Program-made: the position numbers and the translations under genes
NCBI RefSeq assembly: GCF_006345805.1
Contig: NC_043013.1
Location: forward strand, 21,018,001-21,082,000
Reading direction: 5' to 3'
Source: Octopus sinensis
Lineage: Eukaryota
DNA length: 64,000 bases
In this document: positions 53,344 to 64,000 of the stretch, in pieces
Layout of the letters: the number at the start of each line of letters is the position of its first letter
How positions within the stretch are numbered: position 1 is the stretch's first letter
The notes under the pieces: model-generated
Told to the model about the DNA's origin: nothing
The model's database searches: none
What the model saw: the letters and a program-made list of their open reading frames with translations, nothing else

Positions 53344-53985
53344 ATATAAATATATGTATGTATATATATATATATAAATATATGTATATATATATACATA
53401 TATATATACATATATATTTATATATATATACACATATATATGTATATATATATATGTATATATATATATAAATATATATGTATATATATATGTGTGTGTA
53501 TGTGTGTGTGTGTATGTATGTATGTATGTATGTATTTTCACGTACACACGCACTCCACAGAGATTCAGTCATTTAGCTTGTATTCGGTGTGCAAAGTGTG
53601 TTATAAGTGTATTTTAATGTTTTCTCCCAGCTGGTCGATCGGAAATATTGCTGCTATGGGGGGGAAATATTATTGACATAGCTGTCATCAATGTAAATAC
53701 TTAAAATGTAGGATTCAGCAAAGGAAATATTAAGGTTATCGATTCGTGTCTATCGGTTCACCAATCAATCATAGAACTGCAGATTTGATGACGATCGAAG
53801 TGTTAGTGATAACAAAGTCTATTATTACACGGTATGGTGCTGGAGAGATTTTAGTAGAAATTACGTTGCTACAGAAATATCAGCTATGAACAATTATGTA
53901 AACGTCGCTAATGATGATGAAGATGAGAATATTCATGATGATGCATCGTAAGAATGGGAATATACGTTGCAATATTTACACATTA

Positions 53986-54045
<60 letters not shown>

Positions 54046-54065
54046 CATTATTATTATTATCATTA

Positions 54066-54420
54066 AGGCGATGAGCTGGCAGAATCGTTAGCGCGCCGGG
54101 CGAAATGCTTAGTGGTATTTCGTCTGCCGTTACGTTCTGAGTTCAAATTCCGCCGATGTCAACTTTGCCTTTCAGCCTTTCGGGGTCGATAAATTAAGTA
54201 CCAGTTACGCAATGGGGTCAATATAATCGACTTAATCCGTTTGTGTGTCCTTGTTTGTCCCCTCTGTGTTTAGCCCCTTGTGGGTAGTGAAGAAATAGGT
54301 ATTTCGCCTGCCACTACGTCCTGAGTTCAAATTCTGCCTAGGTCAACTTTTCATCCTTACAGGATCGATAAATTAAGTACCAGTTAAAGATAGTTGTCGA
54401 TGTAATCGACTACTCCCCTC
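54066..54420 (+). mobile_element. SINE family 2, dimeric copy
   Basis: Full head-to-tail unit, then a second unit restarting at GTATTTCGCCTGCC (~54299); (TTA)n at 53984-54064 upstream. Confidence 0.88.
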
Positions 54421-54439
54421 CCCAGAGGAGTAAATAATC

Positions 54440-54800
54440 ATTATTATTTACTTTTAATCTGCATGTTCGTTATAATCGCTCGCTGAGACACACCCAGCGT
54501 TCTAGGGCGAGTAAAGGATAAGAGATATTACAATATGTCTGAAAACTTGGGAAGGGCAAGTGGCAGGGACCGTAGCGAAATATCTTCATGTTATACAACA
54601 CATACATCTAAATTGGTAGGGTTTTCCTAAGGCTGTGGGCAGTAGTTGTCAGCTCATTCTTTTGGATTTCATTGAGATATGGTTCGCCTGGGATATTATC
54701 AAGATGTTTCTGATATCCCTTTCTTGTCATACATGGGGCACCTACAATAACAGGAACAATTCTCGATTTAAGAATGGTGGGGTCAATCAAGGAACCGCAC
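54440..54800 (-). mobile_element. R4/Dong-like LINE 3' fragment
   Basis: LKSRIVPVIVGAPCMTRKGYQKHLDNIPGEPYLNEIQKNELTTTAHSLRKTLPI*; 3' UTR ends in degenerate AAT repeats. Confidence 0.65.
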
Positions 54801-55014
54801 AGTACAATATTAGTAATGGTATGAGTAGTCAACAAACTTTATGGCGGTGGTCGTGTTAGCGGCAGCAGTCGCACCACCATTAACACCAAAGCAATATATC
54901 AGCAAAATTGGCAAACACTGTGAATATGCTAAAGTATGAAATCTTATGTTCAGAAAATAGGTTTATTTCACTTTTCTACTCTAGACACTAGGGCCGAAAT
55001 TTTGGGGGAGGAAA

Positions 55015-55528
55015 GGTCAGACGATTAGATCGACGCCAGTACACAACTGGTACTTAACTTATCGACCCCGAAAGGATAAAAGGCAAAGTCAAACTCGGCG
55101 GAATTTGAAATCTGAACGTAAAGACAGACGAAATACAGCTAAGCATTTCGTCCGGCGTGCTAACGTTTCTTATTTCTTTACTGCCAAGGACAACCAAGGG
55201 CAGACAAACGGATTAAGTCGATAATATCGACCCCAGTGCGTAACTGGTACTTATTTAATCGACCCCAAAAGGATGAAAGGCAAAGTCGACCTCGGCGGAA
55301 TTTGAACTCTGAACGTAGCGGCAGACGAAATACCTATTTCTTTACTACCCACAAGGGGCTAAACACAGAGGGGACAAACAAGGACAGACACACGGATTAA
55401 GTCGATTACATCGATCCCAGTGCGTAACTGGTACTTAATTTATCGACCCCGAAAGGATGAAAGACAAAGTCGACCTCGGCGGAATTTGAACTCGGCGTGC
55501 TAATGTTTCTGCCAGCTCACCGCCTTAG
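55015..55528 (-). mobile_element. SINE family 2, three tandem units
   Basis: AAAGTC(G/A)A(C/A)CTCGGCGGAATTTGAA occurs three times (~55086, ~55282, ~55467). Confidence 0.88.
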
Positions 55529-56095
55529 GTTTATTTCACTTTAAATTTCAGAGGACAATAACATTAACACGGACTTTTAAGTTCTCTAATGTCACCAAGG
55601 TATGCGTTCGATCCACGCAATTGACACGTTTCTTTCACATCCGCCGACAAATTCAGTTTGATATACATTAATACGTCCTATTTTCGTGTCTTTGGTTCAC
55701 ATTTATTTTGATAGACGGAAAAACTTGAAGTGGAATAGGTTCCAACAATCTAACTTTCCAATAATATAATTACTTTTTTAGGTTTCATTGTTGCTTCATG
55801 TATGATTTCCTTTTTGTCGTTGTTGGTTTAGCGTTATAAGGTTTCACGAAACTGAATCATATTGAGTGTATATCTTCTTTATTGAATTTTCGTGTAAATC
55901 ACCAAAATATATAGAGATTCTAAATATTTTCTTACGTTGATAATGACATTTAAAACCCATCTTCTGTGTCGGAAGAAAACATAAGGGATGTTTATGCATG
56001 AAGTTTTAATATAAGTATTTATATATAGCCTGAAACAGATATATTCACACAGGTCAGATATAAAAAGGCAAAAACACACAAAGTAAGTTTACTAC

Positions 56096-56291
56096 TGAGA
56101 TAGATAGATAGAGAGAGAGAGAGAGAAAGAGAGAGAGATAGGTTGGTAGGTAAGAAGGTAGGAAGGTAGGAAGGTAGGCAGGTAGATGAAAGATACATAG
56201 ATAGATAGATAGATAGTTATATAGATAGATAAATATATAATACATACATAGACAGGTAGGTCCGTAGATAGATAGATAAATAGATAAATAA

Positions 56292-56352
<61 letters not shown>

Positions 56353-56440
56353 CAGATAGACAGACAGACAGACAGACAGACATATAGGTAGATTGATAAA
56401 TAGGCAGGCAAACAGACAAGCAGACAGATAGATAAATAGA
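56096..56440 (+). repeat. GATA/GACA/GAAG compound repeat
   Basis: Direct inspection. Confidence 0.92.
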
Positions 56441-56810
56441 TTGCATACGTAAAAAATATGTTGTATAACAGTAACCGGAGGTTTATTGAAATAGATTGTG
56501 TAATCAGTGAAAAAGAATTCTCATTTCCAAAGTAGCATCGATTCTGCTGCTGCTGATATTACAACTAAGAGGAAGTTTAATTTGTAAATGGCATGGTTTC
56601 TGTTGGCAGACCGTTGCTTACTTTTGACACAGTGTACACCTCTCACACTTAGAGGCTTCTGGGAAAAGTTTGCATAGAGTCGCTCAGCAACTAAGATATA
56701 CAGCTAAATCCCCTTCAAATCTCACCCTCACATCTTCAGCGGATTATGTAGTACTAATATTAACTTACATGGGAAGATGATTTTCTGATCACTCCCCCGA
56801 ACTGAATGGC

Positions 56811-56852
<42 letters not shown>

Positions 56853-56891
56853 CTACCTATCTATATATCTATTTATCTATCTATATATTTA

Positions 56892-56963
<72 letters not shown>

Positions 56964-56966
56964 CAT

Positions 56967-57132
56967 AAAAGGAAATGAAGAAAATGCTGACAAAATGATT
57001 TAAGTAATTTAAGTAATTTAATTAGGTGATAGTTCTTTTTAACAAATGCGCAACCGGTTAGAAGAACTTTCACCTAATTAAATTACTTAAATTACTTAAA
57101 TCATTTTGTCAGCATTTTCTTCATTTCCTTTT
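56967..57132. repeat. Fold-back element with perfect 63-bp inverted arms
   Basis: 56967-57029 is the exact reverse complement of 57070-57132. Confidence 0.95.
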
Positions 57133-58566
57133 TTATATATCACAACTCGTGTTCCACATATCCTTTTATATATATATATATAAGTTTCTAACTCTAAGGT
57201 TATCACCAAAACTATTTATCCTTTTATATATATATATATATATATATAAGTTTCTGACTCTAAGGTTATCACCAAAACTATTTATCACCAATAGACTATT
57301 TACCTATAGTCTATTTTTTTTTTGCTTATCCCTTATTTACTTACCTATGGATCCACTTTATGATTATACGAGCGTCCGTGTACGTATGTATACGTATACA
57401 TATATGTACATATGTACGAGTAAACATCTACGTCTGGATGTACATACCCCGCATTTCTTTTTTTTACATGTTTTCTTATATTCATATGTTTACACCTATT
57501 TGTATACATCTTTTAATATCTTATAGCTATACCCATATGCGCGTATGTCTCTGTGTGTGTATGTAAGTGTATATGTGCACGCACATATGGACACACAGCC
57601 GTGTGTGCGTGCACGTGTAGACGTGAGTGAGTAATTCTTTACATACGTTCTTATATACATCCTTTAATATCTTATATCTAAACCTGGAAGCGTGGGCATA
57701 TGCGTATATGTATGTAAGGATGGGCGCACGTATGTACACATGGGTGTGTACACGTATAATGTCCGTGTATACATGCGGATATTCTGTTGTATGTATGTAT
57801 ATGTACGCGCGTGCGTGTGGGTGTGTGTGTGTTTATGTACATGTTTACACGTGAGTGCGTGTGTATGCTTATAGGCTTGGAGGCGTATATGTACGCGTGT
57901 ATATGGGTGTATGTATCCATGATGGTATGTATGTACAAGATGACCAATTAATTCAAAGAACCAGATTAAACGCTCAACAGCTCTGATTTACAACACATTA
58001 GGTCCCCAGACGACACTGTTGATTTATTGACACCCAAAACTTCTACAACTAAATTTTATCAATCTCCTGACCACCATGTTTGGTCCGTAACCTCTATACA
58101 TCCCTTATCTTTATATTTTTTTTACATTTTTATCATGTTTATTCTTATTTTTATTTTTTTACTTTTTACTTTTATTTCTATTTCTATTTTTACTTTATAA
58201 CCTTATGCCTTTACATTTATTTATATTTCTTTATATTTCTTTATATTCTTTATACCCCCTTTACATCTCCTTATATCTCTTTATATCTTTATACTCTACA
58301 TTTTTATATTTTTCTATACTTACACTTTTTATACATTTTTTATCCCTCGTCCTGAATTCTCGCCCCTCCATCTTCACGTCTATATATGTATTTATTTATT
58401 TACATTACTTCAACATCCAAATTTCCTCATTCTACATTGAGAGAAGAAAGAGATGGACGCTTCAATTCTATGCTGCTGCCGCATTATATCGTACGCGAAT
58501 GAGAGGATTTGCATCCCCAACCAAGAATTTTTGATGTAACACATGTCCTTGTGGAAGCTGTTGTGC

Positions 58567-58644
58567 GCGGCTGAAGAAGGCCACAGACATACATTATGCA
58601 TTGTTATAAATCTGTCTAATAAAGGCCCGAAACATATGTACCGC
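58567..58644 (+). ncRNA. Minimal type-I hammerhead ribozyme motif (Penelope-like terminus)
   Basis: GCGG-CTGAAGA-A-GGCC-[loop with ACAGA/TCTGT]-GGCC-C-GAAA-C-ATAT-GTA-CCGC: intact core, stems I and II paired, palindromic CATATG stem III, GUA triplet. Confidence 0.7.
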
Positions 58645-58751
58645 TGAATCCTTCGCATCATGTTTTTATTTTGATCAATTTACTCCACCACCTACACCAC
58701 CAAACGGTATACACAGGTGCTTATAATTATCAAGTACTCACCCCGAATTTC

Positions 58752-58790
<39 letters not shown>

Positions 58791-59869
58791 GAGGTTTGAC
58801 TTGATGGACAAATTTAGCCTCAGCAGGTAAACAACAACAACACAGTTTGGCGATACAAGACCATCACCACAGATATATTCTAAGGAATAACTATGCCTCC
58901 TACAATATGTATAATAAATGACGACTAATGGTTTATTTTAGATTCAGTACACCATAATATATCATACTGCCCTGAACGGTTTACGACAAACGACATAACT
59001 AAAAGTTTATATAATCCGACTCATAAAATAGCTTCGGTTTCAAGAATTAAGCTTTACAATATTCATTTGGTTCTCCAGATTCAATATAAAATGCTGTCTG
59101 TGTTATAAAGTTCAAACATTTTGCCTTCATCAGTTTTTAAGACAAAAGAGAGAACATAACAACACTGAATGACTGTCTTATTGAGCAGAAATCAAGTTGG
59201 AACACTCAGAGGTTGCCACAGTTGTACCAAGCAAGCTATTAAGGAACATGTCAAGCTTCCCATATAGAATTTCTAAAGGGAGAAATTCGTAAATACGTTA
59301 CAGAAAGCACCAGATAAAGCAGCTAAAAGAGCAGGTTCCTTGCAGTTTTCATCGTGTTACTAATCCGATTCTCACTGACACAAATGGCACTGTAAGCCAT
59401 CGGCTATTAACAACTATATGGAAGTGGAAACTTTTCTGCTTCACATTTTGATGTCGAGGAATAGATTCACATGTAACAATCACTTGTGGTAATCTACCCA
59501 CATGTAGCAATCACTTGTGGTACTCCATCCCATGACACTCTGCCAACACCCTGAGAACGCAGATGTAAAATAGAAAAGGGGGTTAGAAAATAGATGTAAT
59601 AATTCTTCACTGATAGAAAATTAGGACCTGAAAATATTCTAAGAGCATTCTCATACTGTGCTTGTTATACTTAAAATAGTTATAAACGCTTTCTAAATTG
59701 AATCGCGAATGCATGATTATAGATAGATAGGTAGAGAGAGAGAGAGGATGGTTATATCCCCTGTCAGTGCATAGATATTGCTTCTTTGCGGGCGAAGGTT
59801 TTTAACTCTCATTTTTAGCTATACAGTGCTGTCCTGCATTGTCAATCACCATGGTTGGTGGAAGTAACT

Positions 59870-60070
59870 TTCTTTTCATCGTCGGCGCAAGGTCTGAAAT
59901 ATATTTTAAAAAAGGGATCATGTCGATTACATCAACCCCAAACAGCTATTTATTTTATCGACTGCGAAATGATGAAAATTCTCGGCGGTGAAATTTGAAC
60001 TCCGAACGTCAAGTGAGTGGAAATATCACTTAGAAGGCTGTCCTAACCATCCTGCCAGTTCGCCGCCTCG
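59870..60070 (-). mobile_element. SINE family 2, diverged
   Basis: TTTATCGAC..CTCGGCGG..ATTTGAACTCCGAACG..CCTGCCAGTTCGCCGCC. Confidence 0.65.
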
Positions 60071-60879
60071 TATAGTAGAAGTAATATTAATATAAAATAA
60101 CTCTTTTGAATACAACAAAAAAACTAATACAAAACAGAATCACTGCACGTGCACAAGGTACACAAAACTGTGCACTAGTAAAAGTAGAAGTAGCGTTTTC
60201 AACCCCAAACAGAAGTGATATTTCATGTGTAGTTTTCTACAGTTACCTTGAATTATATTCCAATGAAAGTACTTGATGTAATAAGTGTTCAGCAGAAAAG
60301 AAGAGTTGCTTTTAGTGAATTAATATTTATTACATTAACTCTTGTGCTTCACTGATAATAAATTCCAAACTAATTTTCCATTCTACTTCTGAATTCCTGG
60401 CACGCTTTCAGATATTGTATTCCGACAAACAATGCACTTGATAGAAAGTGAACTTTCTTGTCTTATACCATTAGAAACAATGGAGAAGACCTATTGGGAA
60501 ATCTTTTAAATTAATATGCAATGCATGATATGGATCTTGGATAAATGAACAGTGTGGTTTGATAGTGTAGCTTCTCAAAGAAATTGATATTATTTGGTGG
60601 GAAGGGATATGTAAAGTGCATAGCTCCAAGAAATGCATTCCTGCGACTGAAATACAAACACACAGACACATACGATATATTAGCATGGGATCACAAAGAG
60701 AGAGAGAAAGAGTGACAGAGAGGAAGAGATACATACAAACGTATATAGATAGATAGTATTTCTACAACTAAAATACAAACACACAGGCACATACGATATA
60801 TTAGCATGGGATCAAACACACACATATAGAGAAGGAGAGATACATACACACACAAATAGATACATACACACGCAAATAT

Positions 60880-60910
<31 letters not shown>

Positions 60911-61377
60911 TTCGATTGCATATGTTTATATATTTGCATAACAATAGATGCATTGTTTTTACACACGCATATAATATACACACTTGACATACTTTTTCTA
61001 CATACATAAATATATATATATATATATATGCGTGCCCCTCTGTGTGTGAGAAACAGAGAGAGGGAGAGAGAGAGCAACATCTAAATGTGTGCCTGCATGC
61101 AACATCTTCATATATGATTGCATTCATCCAAGATTTTCGGCTCGAAGACTTAAAGAAACAATTTCATGTTTTTGTAATTCATAAGAGAGATTGAATAAAA
61201 GATTAGAATTACGAAAACATACATTTGTTTCCATTTTGTTTGTGTTGTTAGTTTGGATGTTTTTGCCCTGTGTGAGTTAGATGTATTTTACAAACACGAA
61301 AGAAAAGGAAGGAAGACGCTTGTTTTAAAAGAAACAGAATAATTGATTATATTTTCTAAAGTGGAATGTATTCATGT

Positions 61378-61392
61378 TATTATTATTGTTAA

Positions 61393-61458
<66 letters not shown>

Positions 61459-61490
61459 CATCATCATCATCATCGTCGTCGTCATCATTA
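61378..61490. repeat. (TTA)n(TCA)n microsatellite
   Basis: Direct inspection. Confidence 0.95.
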
Positions 61491-62483
61491 TCATTTTTAC
61501 ATGCTATAAAAGATGACTGGAGTTAGATTTTTCGTTTTACTCCAGCTTTGTCTATGAGAAAGTTTATTTTAGTTTCCGCTTAAGTTCCTGTTTGTCTCCG
61601 TTATAAATATGTGGCACATGACGGACATACGTGTTTAGTTCTATATAACACTCAGACCTACACCGTTCACATATTTAAGCTATCCTAATCTCAACCGAAT
61701 AGATTAATCCGGAATTACACCAGAAAATTTCTATCAATTTATTATTATTATTACAATTATTATTATTGTCTTTTTCCTTTCAAGAATGGAACAAGACATT
61801 ATTTCCACCAGTGATAAGAACAATAGAGAAATCTCAAAATTTCTCAAACTATCCATGGCAACAATTTATCTGCTCTACAAGCCTTAGATGTGTAACCATA
61901 ATTCTAACGGCATCGTCGGAACCAAGGGAATATTTTTAACATTAAAAATAATTGTGTCTGTGGAGTTATTGATCCTATTTTAAAGCTCCATGCCGTTCTA
62001 ATTTTAAGATCTACAAATACACTTGTTCATAAATATTGAGTCAGTCAGCAAAATTCCATTCTGTTTGTAGAATATCATTGCAAATGCTCTGTTGTACTTT
62101 AATATTTACCTTTATTTTTTTTCTTCACTTTCGCTTTTAACATGCCTATTTTTATTCCCACTTGTTTTTCTACGCTTCCCATGATTTTAATCCATTGACT
62201 ACCACGCTTCACATGTTACCTCATTACCTAAGTCTTCCTTCGATATATACTGCACCCTTTTCAAGACTGTCATTCCTACCTCCTTCCCTCTTCATACAAT
62301 CTGTTGTTTCTCATGTATCAATCGTAGTAACCGTTAAATATATTAATCATTGATGATTAACTCAGCTTCATGATAAAGTTCGTATTTCGAGGTCACATGA
62401 CTGTAAACTACACTACATGTCCTCTTCACTCAAATATTATAGGAGCGTATTGTAGTTCGCTTGAAGCATTGTGTATTGTTTGT

Positions 62484-62597
62484 GAAATATAACATGTCTT
62501 GAATGGCACAACAATGCAGAGTGTGTTATAATAACTGTTATAACATTTATTATAGTCCACTCTGCATTGTTATGCCATTCAAGACATGTTATATTTC
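62484..62597. repeat. Fold-back inverted repeat, 40-bp arms (1 mismatch)
   Basis: 62484-62523 versus reverse complement of 62558-62597. Confidence 0.92.
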
Positions 62598-63050
62598 TAG
62601 AATTTTCTAGTCTTCCGATTTGTTCATTTTCTAGTCTTCATCTTGTTCATTGTTCATAAATGCGCGCCTATTTAATATTTGATGGAGAAGACCTCTAACA
62701 TCGCTACATCCACCTCACTGCTTCTTGTCAGGTGGGTCTTCAGTTACGTGACACTAACATCTATTTGTAGCTCCAAATTAGCAGTGATTGATCAACCCTG
62801 TTATCAAAAAAACTTCAACTGTGACCATCACATGCATTCCCTGCATATTAGAACAGATTAATTTTTTCTGATTTATGACGGCGCGGATGTAATCTGAGGT
62901 AGATTTGGATGACCAATAGAAACATCCTTTTATGGGAATATTCTATCATGTGTATGTATCTATATGTGTGACGATAGACATACATACATACATACAGACA
63001 GACAGACAAAAACACACACACACACATACACAGAGATAAAGAGATAGATA

Positions 63051-63218
63051 TGTTTCTTTATTAGCCACACAGGGCTGCACACAGACGGGACAGATTACAA
63101 AGTAGAGCTTTTCTTTTGGGGATGAAAAAAAAGTGGGGTAGGTTTTCGATCAAAAGGGATCGTAAAAGGGAAAGAAGAAAAAAAGGGAAGGAAAAAAGAA
63201 AAAGGAAAAAAGAGAAAG

Positions 63219-63219
<1 letters not shown>
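63051..63219 (-). mobile_element. Tx1-like LINE 3'-terminal fragment in GATA context
   Basis: Same 3' end as 33344; (GATA)n at 63220-63292 and GAGATAGATA on the other side. Confidence 0.85.
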
Positions 63220-63293
<74 letters not shown>

Positions 63294-63531
63294 CAGAGAT
63301 AATTGCACCGGACAAAAGGAATTTAAATTGAAAACTATCCAGCATTTAGAACTTTATATATATATTCATGCCATGAACGAGAAAACTGCAAGGCGGACTC
63401 ATGTATTATAGTACGAGTTTCCTTTCATTTATCTCCAGATCAGACATAATATGTCTGAGATTTTCAAGTTGAGTTTATTTGTTAAAGAAAAAATTACTAT
63501 TAACCCCACTATGTTTCTGTCAGACAAATTC

Positions 63532-63815
63532 AGGTGCAGCCGTGTGGTAAGACGTCTGCTTTCCAAAAACATTGGTCCGGGTTCAATTCCACTGAAGTAT
63601 CAATCCCAATGCGTATCTTTTACTATAGCTGCGAGCTGACTAAAGTCTTGTAAGTGGATTTGGTAGACGGAAACTGAAAGACGCTCGTTGTATATATGTA
63701 TGTATGTATATTTATGTTTGTATCCTACCACAGTTTGCAATCGGTGTTGGTTAGTTACGTCCCCGTAACTTGTATTTCTTCAAAACAGACCTGTAGAACA
63801 AGTACCAGACTTTCA
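63532..63815 (+). mobile_element. SINE family 1, diverged
   Basis: GTGTGGTAAG..CCGGGTTCAATTCCACTG..GTGGATTTGGTAGACGGAAACTGAAAG. Confidence 0.7.
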
Positions 63816-63909
63816 AACAAAATGCTGGGGTAAAGTTAGGTAAAAGGTAAAGTTACCTTATGCCAACTGATAATGGCCGGTTTCATGGCGTATATACTCC
63901 CTGCCTGGT

Positions 63910-64000
63910 CCATCGCAGAGTAACTCATTTTTGTCGGCTGAGTGGACTAGAGCAACGTGAAATGAAGTGTTTTTCTCAAAAACACAATGCGTCGCCTGCT
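63910..64000 (-). mobile_element. SINE family 3 fragment (runs off the window)
   Basis: AACTCATTTTTG..GCTGAGTGGACT.GAGCAACGTGAAAT matches 23311-23640. Confidence 0.75.

Noticed and set aside
59467-59530. Small local tandem duplications (31 bp at 59467; ~120 bp at 60650-60850; 28 bp at 52847-52910)
   Set aside because: Ordinary slippage-type duplications with no further structure.
61780-61890. NREISKFLKLSMATIY, resembling a Tc1 helix-turn-helix
   Set aside because: Too short, with no TIR or catalytic motifs found nearby.

Overview
AT-rich, microsatellite-dense eukaryotic DNA. The SINE families resemble octopus OK/OR-type SINEs, so a coleoid cephalopod (probably Octopus) origin is inferred, not verified. 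No intact host gene can be supported, and most listed ORFs are translations of microsatellites. The window is mostly layered transposons: a GC-rich Tx1/L1-clade LINE (three copies, all joined to (GATA)n repeats), four R4/Dong-like RLE LINE remnants in (TAA)n context, a ~554-bp non-coding TAA-anchored element, at least four SINE families, four Tc1/mariner relics plus MITEs, and Penelope-like termini carrying hammerhead-ribozyme motifs. It also holds a near-identical 1.95-kb tandem duplication, three unrelated near-perfect fold-back hairpins and a duplicated 80-nt candidate terminal exon. The best leads are the apparently (GATA)n-targeting Tx1 family, the minimal type-I hammerhead motifs (58567-58644 +, 21609-21655 -), the TAA-anchored element and the perfect 63-bp-arm hairpin.
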